A stretch of 64,000 nucleotides of DNA from Fibrobacterales bacterium (GCA_051532035.1 JAOPTW010000013.1:288001-352000); one strand, 5' to 3'; shown: positions 28,400 through 38,833, counted from the stretch's first letter. The notes: generated by a model not told the origin, from the sequence alone. Translations and numbers: made by a program.

Positions 28400-29439
28400 T
28401 GAGCTATAGTGCACGCAGTTTCAAGCTCTATTTAGGGCCAGAGGAACAAGGTGGACCCGATTCGCTGTTAGAGCCTATCATTGGTTTTATTGATGATGCC
28501 AAGCCCAGAGAAAACCTATGTGTGGCTGTTCAGGAGATAGACAATAGAGAGATTACCGAGGCGCTCATACGGGCTCGGAGTCGAGGAGTCGTTATTGATA
28601 TCGTTCTTGAGCAGAGTTATCTGTTGGCCTCTCGGAAACAAGTATCCCCTTTTGAACCATCGGGAAGTCACGAGATAAACAGAGAACTTTTCAGTGCCTT
28701 ATGTCGTGCAGATATCGACGTAAAGGTTGACTTTAATAGTGCAATCTTTCATCAAAAGTTTATGATCTGTGGCGATTCAGTTCTCACGGGCTCCACGAAC
28801 TTTACCGACACTGGGGTAACTAAAAACTTGAATCATGTGATCGTCATTCATAATAAGACTATCGCTAATCAATATCGTATTGAGTTTAATGAGATTCGTA
28901 GTGGGAGATTTGGCCGTGAAAGCATCATGAAAAGCGTAGCCCCAATTAACAGTACCGTAGACCGAATCAGAATAAGGGTACTCTTCTCCCCCGACCATAC
29001 TCCTGAGCTTGAGATTATGAAACAGATTCTTAAGGCGAGGGAGCGGATTGATTTTGCGGTCTTTACCTTTGCTCAAAGCTCTGGAATTGATGATGCGCTG
29101 ATTGCAGCTCAGCAACGAGGTGTGCGGATTACGGGTGTACTGGATAGGCTTCAGGGGAATCAAAAATGGGCTGCGACTCATAACCTCACGGAGGCGGGTA
29201 TTTCTATCTCGCTTATTGGTAATAAGGGTGGTCTTGGTAAACTTCATCACAAGCTTATGGTTATTGATGATGCGGTGACCATATTTGGATCGTTTAATTA
29301 TACGGAGCCTGCTAATCGGACTAACGATGAGAATATTGTTATTGTGGGTGATGTATTTGAGGATAATGTTACGGCGCGGGTTAGGCAGCGGGAGGTTGCT
29401 GTTGCGTGTCGTGAGGAGATCGAGCGGTTTAATAGATAG
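28399..29439 (+). CDS. Phospholipase D superfamily protein with two HKD-type domains (Nuc/MitoPLD-like)
   Basis: HQKFMICGD...TGSTNFT and HHKLMVIDD...GSFNYT...NDEN; start coupled to the upstream stop (TAATG); no signal peptide. Confidence 0.9.
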   Translation: MSYSARSFKLYLGPEEQGGPDSLLEPIIGFIDDAKPRENLCVAVQEIDNREITEALIRARSRGVVIDIVLEQSYLLASRKQVSPFEPSGSHEINRELFSALCRADIDVKVDFNSAIFHQKFMICGDSVLTGSTNFTDTGVTKNLNHVIVIHNKTIANQYRIEFNEIRSGRFGRESIMKSVAPINSTVDRIRIRVLFSPDHTPELEIMKQILKARERIDFAVFTFAQSSGIDDALIAAQQRGVRITGVLDRLQGNQKWAATHNLTEAGISISLIGNKGGLGKLHHKLMVIDDAVTIFGSFNYTEPANRTNDENIVIVGDVFEDNVTARVRQREVAVACREEIERFNR

Positions 29440-29570
29440 ATTTTTGTAAGGAGGGAGGATTCATTGTCATAGTAACCAATTCCTAGTTCTCTCTTTCTTA
29501 TCATCAAGCACTTGTCTTTCGGGATGGGTGCTTTTTTTGTGGGTGGACTTGTTCTTTTGGGCTATTGTGT
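29203..29570 (+). repeat. Direct repeat copy 1: PLD 3' end plus terminator region
   Basis: Colinear similarity to 36402-36754, e.g. ATTGATGATGCGGT, GAGCCTGCTAATCG, TTTTGTAAGGAGGGA, ATCATCAAGC, GGATGGGTG, GGGCTATTGTGTG. Confidence 0.85.
29506..29538 (+). terminator. Rho-independent terminator of the PLD operon
   Basis: AAGCACTTGTCT-TTCG-GGATGGGTGCTT stem with G-U pairs, followed by a T run. Confidence 0.7.
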
Positions 29571-29820
29571 GGGTGGTCAGTAGTTGTATTTTTACCAGAG
29601 AAATATGCAATATTGGGTACTTCTTAAAGTTGAAGCAAATGCCTGCAAATCATCACATCATAGAAAGAGTATTGGTAGCGAGAGAACGCCCCCGTCGATG
29701 ATATACTGGCCCGTCCTTGCCCAGTATGAAAGAATGCTCATTTTTTTTAATGACCAATAAAACATTAGCTATATTCAGCTAAGTGTTTAAGTCTATTACT
29801 ATTCAAAATTAGGAGTTATC

Positions 29821-31158
29821 TTGCAATACCTATTATTTGTACTCATTTTTTTTACTAGTTCAATTTATCCTAAACCACCGAGTAACGATTCAATTATTAG
29901 TACTATCAATAAGAGACAGATTTATCATTTAAAACTGAACAAAAAAGTCATACAAAGACTTGATTCTTTAAGCGCTCAAAATAAATCAATTAGAGATGTT
30001 GACTCCATTGTAAAGACACGAGACGCAGCACTTACATCTCTACAAGGGAATGTAAGTACATTAAATATAAAGCTAGACTCTCAAATAGCCAAATCTCTAT
30101 TAATTGAAAATGCTTTAATAAGAGCAGAAACTGACGATATTAAGGATTTATTAATTCCAATAGTGTTGTCTATTATTGCAGCATTTATTTTTAAATTCAT
30201 TTTTAACGATTTACCATATATAAGTAGAAGAAGGAAAATACGGCCTAAAATCAACCATCAATACATTGAAATATATGAGCTTTGTGAAAAAGTCTTCGAT
30301 GAAATAATGCGTCCTAATCGTTTCTCTAATTCATATTATGGCCATGTGATTAGAAATAACAACATGAGTGTAACCGACTTCAAAGATGGCTTACAAAATA
30401 AAATTCTTAATGATTCCCATAACTTTGAAGATGCAATAAAGCTGCATATGGATTCAATTGGAAAAAGTGTTTGGAATAGATTAAATGAAATTATTAGTAA
30501 AATTATTAATATCTATGAATTTGAAAAATACTTACCCACAAATGAAATTACAATTCTTGAGTCAATTAAAATTGCTATTCATAGTTCAGAATTTAAAAAG
30601 TACAAGAAAAGAGTTAAGCAAGTTCGATGTTTTCCTAACTGCCTAAGAAGCGAAGCTGACAACATATACTCACTTTATAGGGAGTATATAAATATCAAAA
30701 AGGTAATCTTTGATGACAGCGTCTACTATGAGAAAGTTCATTATATAAAGATTGAGGATTTATATGATCATAAAAAATTTAAACAAACATGGAAGTATGC
30801 GTATAATATTTTAAAAAAACACCCTGAAAATAAACACAATTTGCAGCCCATAATAATTGCATCATATATACATTCAGGCATGCATGAAAAGGCAATGGAT
30901 ATAATGCGCGATGTTATAATTAATGACAATTTTCCAACATGGCAGTATTCGTGGGTGGCTTTAGAATTTGAAGATCAAGAAGAAATCAAAAAACTCCTAA
31001 CTACTCATATCTCAAAGAACTTTTATACCAACCTTTTAAGAGGTCAAGAAGGTGCAAAAAACAACAAAATGGCTCAAAAAGAACAGATAAAGAGTTTAAA
31101 AGAATATTACAATAATCCAGATAGTAGAGGTGAAGAACTAAAGTTGCTAAGGAATTGA
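29821..31158 (+). CDS. Hypothetical membrane protein (signal/TM, coiled coil, TM, helical cytoplasmic domain)
   Basis: AGGAG RBS before TTG; hydrophobic N-terminus; LLIPIVLSIIAAFIFKFIF TM; very AT-rich coding sequence. Confidence 0.7.
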   Translation: MQYLLFVLIFFTSSIYPKPPSNDSIISTINKRQIYHLKLNKKVIQRLDSLSAQNKSIRDVDSIVKTRDAALTSLQGNVSTLNIKLDSQIAKSLLIENALIRAETDDIKDLLIPIVLSIIAAFIFKFIFNDLPYISRRRKIRPKINHQYIEIYELCEKVFDEIMRPNRFSNSYYGHVIRNNNMSVTDFKDGLQNKILNDSHNFEDAIKLHMDSIGKSVWNRLNEIISKIINIYEFEKYLPTNEITILESIKIAIHSSEFKKYKKRVKQVRCFPNCLRSEADNIYSLYREYINIKKVIFDDSVYYEKVHYIKIEDLYDHKKFKQTWKYAYNILKKHPENKHNLQPIIIASYIHSGMHEKAMDIMRDVIINDNFPTWQYSWVALEFEDQEEIKKLLTTHISKNFYTNLLRGQEGAKNNKMAQKEQIKSLKEYYNNPDSRGEELKLLRN

Positions 31159-31392
31159 TAGACATTATTCTCACAGGAAATCATGTCTACCGCACTCCAT
31201 CGCCCTAATTTCGTGCGGCAAAAAACTGGATATTGGTGAGGCTTTTATTTAGAAAAGTGTAACTTAAGGGAGAAGATTTGCAGGTACTCGCTACAACAGG
31301 GTGAGCAAGCAATAACCGTGACGTAAGTGAACTGCATTCAGTCGGTCGCTAAGTTCCTCGCCTTCAGGCAACCCAAACAAAGCTTTGGAGTC

Positions 31393-31473
31393 CACCAACA
31401 CCACTTTATTTTTCAAAAATGTAAAAACCTATTTTGAAAATATTTATTGCGTACTGGCACCCAAACGTTGGTG
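31393..31473 (+). repeat. attC-like imperfect palindrome
   Basis: Outer CACCAAC...GTTGGTG and inner TTTTCAAAA...TTTTGAAAA arms, intergenic just before 31567; no integrase in the window. Confidence 0.3.
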
Positions 31474-31566
31474 TGAATAGGTTAAAGTTATTACTTTTTT
31501 GCTCCAAGAAACCCACTGTCTTAGTGGCTTTTACTACTTTCATTTTAAACTTCAAAGCTCAATATT

Positions 31567-33273
31567 ATGGACATTTACAATTTTGACAATCTGTTAACTT
31601 TTCAATCAGCTCCTAAAAATAAGGATGACTTTTCTAAATGGGTTTTACAAGAGGATATTTTCAAGTTCTTAATTAGAGATTTCTCTGATGACTACATAAT
31701 TGTATATGCAACTTTACCACACCTTTACATAAATAGTGTGCTACTTCCGGTATTCGATAGAAACGAAAATAATATTAATGAATTGAAAAGATGGAGTTTA
31801 GATAATGACTCAACATGGGGTATCGGTTATTCTCATGATGATATATCGATTAGCGCACCATTGTCCAGCTGTGGGAGTAAATTGCTAAGTACTGGTGATC
31901 AACTTATCTTTTCAAGATCTTTTTCAGGAGCTGAAAGGTTAGGGCGTTATTTTGAAATAAATCAAAAAATCACCCATTTATTAAATGTACACTATATGGA
32001 TGAAAGAAATGCATGGTGTAAGATTGATGCAAATGGAGATATACTAGATGTTATTAAAGTATTTGATTTAAAAGATGTTTCCAATAAATTTTTCTCTGGA
32101 ACTGTAATTGGTTTAAAAAAATCTGAGCTTGAAGAGTATGCTACTGCAGCCAATATGGAACTAGTTCGATTATTTGATATTACTCGATACGATGAAGAAA
32201 ATTTCAATGGATGGGGTAACGCTTCTGATAATCAGGTGGAATCGAGTTCTCCTGATGTTTTTGCTTCGTTGAATGTTTATCCTTCATACGGGAGTTATTC
32301 TCGAGGTATTAATTTTTGTGAAGTTAAATCAAATAAAACTGACCTTATAAACAAAGTTTTTAGATCTGGAGGAGAGTCTAAAAAAGAGTATTGTGAATTC
32401 ATTACGCAAGATTGGAAAAATAAAAAAACAGTAAAAGTTTCATGCAATCCAAATAGTTTATCAAATTACTTTCAAGAATCAGATAAGCCGTTTGAGATAT
32501 CACCCGTTTTCTTTCGTTCAGAAGTTATTTCAAAATATAAAGGTGATACTGACAAATATTATATTGATCATAATGCCATAACTTGTCGTGATGCTTGGCA
32601 TTTAAAAACGTTTGATGTTAATGAAGCAGGGCAAGTTCATACTTATATAGGCTATCTAAGTCGTTTGCCTTTCCAAGAACAATTACATTGGCTTCAATAC
32701 AATGAAGATCCAAAAGCCCCACTCTCTGAGCGGGTAATAAAAACTGATTTTGAGGGTACGTTCCATAATCAATATGACCCCCTTACCAGTTTTAAAAGTA
32801 AAATAAATGACTTAATTTATAAGAAAGTAAAATGGTGGAAATTAAGGCATTCTGAGTTATTACGCAAAGTACAGTATCCATATACTGCCTCAAAAGATGA
32901 GTGGGCAGAAGAAATTATGAATTTAGATAAAGTACTAGTAGAAGGCTTAGAACAGAGCCAGTTAAAAATTATTGCCAAAAACTTAGAATGTGAATTGCCT
33001 AAAGACAAGAATTTAAAATCATTACAGCTTCTTGATTTGATATTAAAGAAAAGCGGATTTTCAGATGAAAAGGCTTTTTCAACGTTGACCTCTTTTCATG
33101 TATTGCACAGATTGCGCTCCGAAATAAAGGGTCATGTCTGGAATTCTGACGCAGAAGCTCACAAGAAGAGTGCTATAAAAGATCATGGGTCATTTATGAA
33201 CCATTACAAGAAAATATTAGGTGACTGTGATACATCACTTGATACTATAATGAATGTAATACAAAAGATGTAA
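31567..33273 (+). CDS. Hypothetical protein with possible C-terminal HEPN-like motif
   Basis: 568-aa ORF; LHRLRSEIKGH (Rx5H) within a helical C-terminal region; island context. Confidence 0.6.
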   Translation: MDIYNFDNLLTFQSAPKNKDDFSKWVLQEDIFKFLIRDFSDDYIIVYATLPHLYINSVLLPVFDRNENNINELKRWSLDNDSTWGIGYSHDDISISAPLSSCGSKLLSTGDQLIFSRSFSGAERLGRYFEINQKITHLLNVHYMDERNAWCKIDANGDILDVIKVFDLKDVSNKFFSGTVIGLKKSELEEYATAANMELVRLFDITRYDEENFNGWGNASDNQVESSSPDVFASLNVYPSYGSYSRGINFCEVKSNKTDLINKVFRSGGESKKEYCEFITQDWKNKKTVKVSCNPNSLSNYFQESDKPFEISPVFFRSEVISKYKGDTDKYYIDHNAITCRDAWHLKTFDVNEAGQVHTYIGYLSRLPFQEQLHWLQYNEDPKAPLSERVIKTDFEGTFHNQYDPLTSFKSKINDLIYKKVKWWKLRHSELLRKVQYPYTASKDEWAEEIMNLDKVLVEGLEQSQLKIIAKNLECELPKDKNLKSLQLLDLILKKSGFSDEKAFSTLTSFHVLHRLRSEIKGHVWNSDAEAHKKSAIKDHGSFMNHYKKILGDCDTSLDTIMNVIQKM

Positions 33274-33368
33274 ACGATTAGGCTCCACTGACCGTAGTCC
33301 TTGCTAATTGTGGAGCGGGGTAGAGAGTTGTTTTTATTTTGAATGCCTTATAAGCACTACGTTCTATA

Positions 33369-34301
33369 GTGCTAAATTTTATATTTGCTATTGGATGTGA
33401 ATATTGGATGAATTTTATGGATTTTAGGAGCTTTGTTGAAAGTTTAACAGATGAAGAAATTAATGAAATGAATAAAAAGGAGATGGACTCGGAAAAAGAA
33501 ATGTTTACTGAGTTTGTTAAAGATCACGACAATGGTGTTTGCAATATGTGCAATCAAAAATTAACTGTAATCGACCGTGATTCGCCATGCTTTCATTGGT
33601 TTTTATACCCTAATGGAATAAAGAAAAGTGATTTTAAAAAATATCTTGCACAACCAATGAATAACTTTCAATTAGAAGGTTATTTACGTTGGCTAGCTAC
33701 AATGGAAGCGCCTTTAAAAAATATAAATGACATGGTACTGGAGTCCACAGGAACGAAAATAAAAGAAATTACAATCAAATATAAAAACTTAGAATGGACT
33801 ATTAATTATGGGAAAACGGATTATGATGGGCATGAAGGCTCACAAAATGCAGAATTTCCTCATTTTCATGTACAAATGTTGATTGATAATAGACCATTTA
33901 TGAGATTTAATGATTATCACATACCTTTTTCTGAAGAAGCTCTCAAGCAGATAGAGTTTTTAAAAAATAATGAAGATATTGTAGGTATGTATAGTGGCGT
34001 GGCTCCCGGAATGAATGTGTTAGAAAATCCAGAACGATTAAAAATCATTAATGATGAAATGATTGCACTTGAAGATGAGAAAGGTGCTGCGTTTCATACA
34101 AGTACTCTATTTAAGATGCCAGAAGGTGAAAAGGCTACAGTTGGGGAAATATTGAAAATTTTTGAAGATGCAAAAATTAAAGGCCAATCTAAACGTCATG
34201 CCTTGAAAGATGTATTTCCTGGATCGACTATGATTACAGAAATCGGACCGGGTGAAGGAGTACCTGAAATGAAAAGCCGAAATAAGAGGAATAAAAAATA
34301 A
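33369..34301 (+). CDS. Hypothetical protein with CxxC...C-x-H and PHFH motifs (possible metal-binding enzyme)
   Basis: CNMC...PCFHWF and FPHFHVQM; true start probably ATG 33408 or 33417. Confidence 0.65.
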   Translation: MLNFIFAIGCEYWMNFMDFRSFVESLTDEEINEMNKKEMDSEKEMFTEFVKDHDNGVCNMCNQKLTVIDRDSPCFHWFLYPNGIKKSDFKKYLAQPMNNFQLEGYLRWLATMEAPLKNINDMVLESTGTKIKEITIKYKNLEWTINYGKTDYDGHEGSQNAEFPHFHVQMLIDNRPFMRFNDYHIPFSEEALKQIEFLKNNEDIVGMYSGVAPGMNVLENPERLKIINDEMIALEDEKGAAFHTSTLFKMPEGEKATVGEILKIFEDAKIKGQSKRHALKDVFPGSTMITEIGPGEGVPEMKSRNKRNKK

Positions 34302-34326
34302 TTTTAAGAAAAGGTTTAGGTGATTT

Positions 34327-34656
34327 ATGAAAACAACAATAATTTTGTTGTTCATTTGTTTTTCTTTGGGATCTACATCAAATAAATTAAAAGGTAATGA
34401 GATAGAGTGTAGAAACAAAAAAATTACAGTGGTTACTAATGGTATTTCAGCATTAGAATACACGCTAAGCAAAGAGCCAGGATTAATTGGTAGGGGGCGA
34501 ATAAATGTTTATATAAATAATAATATTGATTTGTATATAACAGGAGTTAAGAAAGAGTTAGATAACATATATCAATACTTACATAGTACAGGAAATTCGT
34601 TAAAAATGGATACAAGCTCTTGTAATATAGGTAAGATCAAAAGACATAGTAAGTAG
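34327..34656 (+). CDS. Small secreted hypothetical protein
   Basis: AGGTGA RBS; MKTTIILLFICFSLG signal-like N-terminus. Confidence 0.55.
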   Translation: MKTTIILLFICFSLGSTSNKLKGNEIECRNKKITVVTNGISALEYTLSKEPGLIGRGRINVYINNNIDLYITGVKKELDNIYQYLHSTGNSLKMDTSSCNIGKIKRHSK

Positions 34657-35016
34657 AAACTAATTTTGCTCCCTTATCCCTAAATCCGCATGAAAGCAGG
34701 CATTCAAAAAATAAAAACCTTAAATGCTTAGGGGAAACATCTCGATAACCCTTTGTAACTAGCTTCAACAACAAAACGTTGCGTACATTCTAATGCTTTA
34801 CCCGAAAATTCAAGCATACCTTGAATATGGGTTTTACAAAGTATTTCCCCACCCCTCTCACCAAATCATTATTTAATCAGAGGCCAGTAACACATATATT
34901 TGAATATTTCACGCGATTGGATTATATTCATTATCTATTCAAAAATCAGTAAACCCTCAATTAGCCTAATGAGCCCCTCTTTCCTCGGGAACCGCTCCTA
35001 GGCCCTGGTAAATGAT

Positions 35017-36249
35017 ATGAAAAAGAAAATTGATAATGAGTATGGATACTTTGGCTTTGCAGAAGATAAAGATAAAATTATTTTTGCAGGACAGTTTAAG
35101 TCTATTAATGGAAGATTTGTTATTTCGCTAACAAGCTGTGTTTCAGATAAAAGCCCCTCTTTTTCTCCCTCATCTACTTATGATGTTATATATGGAATAC
35201 TGAGTGATGGCAGACATGTTTCTCTGCATGATTGCTACAATAAAAGCTTTAGAATTGGCTCACATGCTGGTGGAGCAGATTATTTTTTTGAGAAAGGGTA
35301 TATTGGTGAGTCATTCTTTAACGTTACACAAAAGATCAATAAGGTAACCTTTTCAACCAACCATCTTTTTTTGTGGCTTCATGGATGTATTGCATTCGAT
35401 TCTGATATTAACATGAAGGATAAAACATGCACTTTGAAATATATTACACCACCAGATAAAGATTATAATTTATCTGGCTCTAAAAAGGCTGTTTGTAAAT
35501 TTGAAGCTATTTTCCCTGGAAGTACATTCGCAAAATCTAAATACACTATAACATCCTTACCTAGGATCGAAATTAAGTCTTCCAACCATGTTTTTGTTGA
35601 TACATTATTTGAATATATTTGGCAAATTCAGAGACTAATATCATTTTGTATGTTGGACAAGATTCATGTCAATGAAATAAGGGTGTACGCTAATGGAAGG
35701 GTGTATAACGTATTATCAGAAAATACATCTGAACAAGAATCACGAGAAATATTGCACCCCATGAGAGCTATTTTTTCCTTAAAAGAAGCTGATGCATACT
35801 TCGATAACATTTTTGAAAAGTGGACAGCATTTGAAGACAAATATGGTGAAGTATCGAGGCTTTTCCTGCAGTGTATCAATTTTGACGAATTAACACTTGA
35901 TAATTTGGCAATTAACTTAACAACCGCTTTAGAGTCATATAACAGAATCCGCACTAATTCTAAAATGCATTTAAATGACCGATTAAAAGAAGAGGTATTG
36001 AGGTTTAAAAAATGCATAAAGAAAAAAAGTGCAATAATAAGGCCTACTTCATGGGCGCAACGCATTGCGGATACGAGAAACTATTATGCCCATATACTAA
36101 GTAACAAAGAAAAAAAGCGTCTTAAAGGTGCTCCATTGTTTTATGCAAATTATGAGCAACGCCATCTACTTATAGCAATAATTTTATCAGAGCTGGGATT
36201 AACAGAAAACCAAATAAAAACCATTTTTGAGACTAAAGCGTTCAACTAA
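35017..36249 (+). CDS. ApeA-like HEPN domain protein (candidate anti-phage RNase)
   Basis: Beta-rich N-terminal domain (IYGILSDGRHVSLHDC), ALESY helix, ADTRNYYAH (Rx4H HEPN motif) and terminal ILSELGL, the ApeA-family layout. Confidence 0.8.
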   Translation: MKKKIDNEYGYFGFAEDKDKIIFAGQFKSINGRFVISLTSCVSDKSPSFSPSSTYDVIYGILSDGRHVSLHDCYNKSFRIGSHAGGADYFFEKGYIGESFFNVTQKINKVTFSTNHLFLWLHGCIAFDSDINMKDKTCTLKYITPPDKDYNLSGSKKAVCKFEAIFPGSTFAKSKYTITSLPRIEIKSSNHVFVDTLFEYIWQIQRLISFCMLDKIHVNEIRVYANGRVYNVLSENTSEQESREILHPMRAIFSLKEADAYFDNIFEKWTAFEDKYGEVSRLFLQCINFDELTLDNLAINLTTALESYNRIRTNSKMHLNDRLKEEVLRFKKCIKKKSAIIRPTSWAQRIADTRNYYAHILSNKEKKRLKGAPLFYANYEQRHLLIAIILSELGLTENQIKTIFETKAFN

Positions 36250-36401
36250 TATTGCTACACTTTAAAATACGTCGCAAAGGGGAAAGCAAAAGCAATTAAG
36301 AGAAGACAAAAAAAATAACCCTGATGATATCTGAAATAATCGCCTCACCCAATCAATAAATCATTAACGTAAGCCTCTACTACTTCTTAGCTTGTGTAGC
36401 C

Positions 36402-36754
36402 AGCCTCTCTCTCATAGGTAATAGAGGTGGTGACCTCACTAAACTTAACCACAAACTCATGTTGATTGATGATGCGGTCACCATCTTTGGTTCTCTGTAA
36501 CCATACAGAGCCTGCTAATCGAACTAATGATGAGGATATTCTCTTATTGTGGGTGGTGTATTAGAGGATAATTAGGACGCACGGGAGAGACAAGGGGGGG
36601 TAGAGAGGAGATTGAACGAATTAAAAAAAGAATTTTGTAAGGAGGGATAAGTTTTTTACCGTCCCCCTAATCTCCCTCCCATATCATCAAGCGCTCACCT
36701 TCTGGATGGGTGTTTTTTTTTGTGGGGGGACTAGTACTATCGGGCTATTGTGTG
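36402..36754 (+). pseudogene. Direct repeat copy 2: frameshifted remnant of the PLD 3' end plus terminator
   Basis: Reads SLSLIGNRGG-DLTKLNHKLMLIDDAVTIFGS / TEPANRTNDE versus SISLIGNKGGLGKLHHKLMVIDDAVTIFGSFNYTEPANRTNDE in the intact gene; has indels and a stop; the terminator-like hairpin is at 36689-36721. Confidence 0.85.
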
Positions 36755-36980
36755 ATATGTTTTTTGTTTGTATGTTTGCTAGGTAATATAAAAAGAGACG
36801 TATATTTTTTAGTTCCTAATTCTCGGAGTGGGACTGGATGTACCCAATATCGTATTTTCATCGGAGAAGTATGTAGGGCGTACTTAAGGAAACAAATATT
36901 TTAGCAAACTCATTGAGCTGTTTTAAAGCTGCAAATATGCCATTTTCTTGCTAAAAAATGCAAAACACGAGGAAATTATT

Positions 36981-38828
36981 ATGGATGATTTTATAAATAA
37001 TGCTAATAAGCATATTGAAAAGTTTTTGGATTACTATTTAAATTTTCTTCATGGACCTGAATATGCTGTTTTATTAAAGGGAGACTGGGGAATTGGTAAA
37101 TCATGGTATGTAGATCAAATCATAAATAAATATTCATCGACAACACAAAATAAATTAAAATTTCTTTATGTTAGCTTGTATGGTATTACTTCTTTTAGTG
37201 ATATTGAGGATACACTTTTTCAACAGCTTCACCCTGTTCTTGCTTCAAAAAAAATGAAACTTGTTGGTAAAATATTAAAAGGCACGATCAAAACAACATT
37301 AAAAATTGATTTAGTTGGAGATGATAAACCAGATGGATCTATTTCTGCTAGCGTACCTGACATTAACCTACCTGACTACCTTAAAGATTGTCAGGATTAC
37401 ATTCTGATTTTCGATGATTTAGAACGATGTAATATCGATGTGATTGATGTTTTGGGATATATAAATCATTTTGTTGAGCATCAAGATAGAAAGGTAATAG
37501 TCATAGCAAACGAAGAAAAAGTAATTGAAAAATACTCTAACAAATATAAGGAAATAAAAGAGAAGTTGATTGGTAAAACCTTTTTAATCAAGCCTGATTT
37601 TGATAATGCTATCTCTCATTTTATTGAGCATTGTATTGGTTCTCAAATTAAGAGTTTTTTTAATAATAATTCAGGTACCATTAAAGAACTATTTTTTAAT
37701 GCTGAACGAAGTAATTTACGTCATATAAAACAAGCTCTTTGGGATTTCGAACGGTTATATGATGTTTTGGAAAGTAATATTCAGTCAAAAGAACCTTTGG
37801 TGGTAGATTTGTTAAAAATATTTCTTGTTTATTCTTTTGAAATAAAAAATAACAACATTTCTTCTGATAGAATTGGTGACTATGCAACTACTTCAATTAT
37901 GGCCGCTGCTTTTGATGATGAGTTTAAACAGTTTTCACAAAAATACCCTACCGTTGATACAGGAAATATTTTGTTAACTGGTGGAATATGGACTGATATT
38001 TTTGATAAAGGTATCATTGATGATGAACAGATTAATGCAGCACTGCGTAATACAAAGTACTTTGATGATGAAAATACTCCAACATGGAAAAAATTATCGA
38101 GGTACTTTGACCTAACTGACACAGAATTTGATGAATACTTAACTGATGTTAGATCTAAATTAGCTTGCCGTAGTTATATTGATGTCTTAATAGTAAAGCA
38201 TTTAGCCGGGGTTTTTATGAGCCTCTGTGAAAAAGACATTATAGAAGACACTGAGCAGAGTTTAATAGATGACTTCAAAGCGTACATTGACGATATGGTC
38301 AGCAACAACACATTAGTTTTGAATAATAATTTGACTCCTCCTAGGGCACAGGATGGATCGTGGGATGGCTATGGGTTTTCTGGAACAGAAACTAGTGGGT
38401 TTCAGGCTGTTAGTCAATATATTGAATCTTGTTATATAGTGGGAATTCAAAGTAAATATTCAGAATTTGCTGCAGAAGTTATGGAAGACATTAAAAATCA
38501 AAATGGTGAATTCTACTATAAAATCGCAGTGAGCAATGTTAAAGAGTCACAATACTTCGATAAGCCTATACTTCAATATATTAATAAAGAAGAATTTATA
38601 TCTACTATAAAGGTCATTACCCCAAGTGAGTTAAGAAAAGTACAATATGCCTTTATAGAAAGATACAAGAATGTCACATCCTTTCCTGATTTAAACCAAG
38701 AAAAATATTGGTTACAGGATGTAGAGGCAGCATTAATGCAAGAGGTCACAAATGCTAGCGGAATTTTAAAATATAGACTTAAACAGTTTAAGGAAGGATG
38801 TCTTGAAAAATCGATTAAATTACTGTAA
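36981..38828 (+). CDS. KAP-family P-loop NTPase
   Basis: AVLLKGDWGIGKS, YVSLYG, ILIFDDLERC, IANEE, KEKLIG, NLR motifs; ATG 36981 has a GAGG RBS. Confidence 0.88.
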   Translation: MDDFINNANKHIEKFLDYYLNFLHGPEYAVLLKGDWGIGKSWYVDQIINKYSSTTQNKLKFLYVSLYGITSFSDIEDTLFQQLHPVLASKKMKLVGKILKGTIKTTLKIDLVGDDKPDGSISASVPDINLPDYLKDCQDYILIFDDLERCNIDVIDVLGYINHFVEHQDRKVIVIANEEKVIEKYSNKYKEIKEKLIGKTFLIKPDFDNAISHFIEHCIGSQIKSFFNNNSGTIKELFFNAERSNLRHIKQALWDFERLYDVLESNIQSKEPLVVDLLKIFLVYSFEIKNNNISSDRIGDYATTSIMAAAFDDEFKQFSQKYPTVDTGNILLTGGIWTDIFDKGIIDDEQINAALRNTKYFDDENTPTWKKLSRYFDLTDTEFDEYLTDVRSKLACRSYIDVLIVKHLAGVFMSLCEKDIIEDTEQSLIDDFKAYIDDMVSNNTLVLNNNLTPPRAQDGSWDGYGFSGTETSGFQAVSQYIESCYIVGIQSKYSEFAAEVMEDIKNQNGEFYYKIAVSNVKESQYFDKPILQYINKEEFISTIKVITPSELRKVQYAFIERYKNVTSFPDLNQEKYWLQDVEAALMQEVTNASGILKYRLKQFKEGCLEKSIKLL

Positions 38829-38833
38829 AGTTT

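Noticed and set aside
36710..36904. 64-aa ORF from the track
   Set aside because: Begins inside the T-run of the duplicated terminator; low complexity; no RBS.
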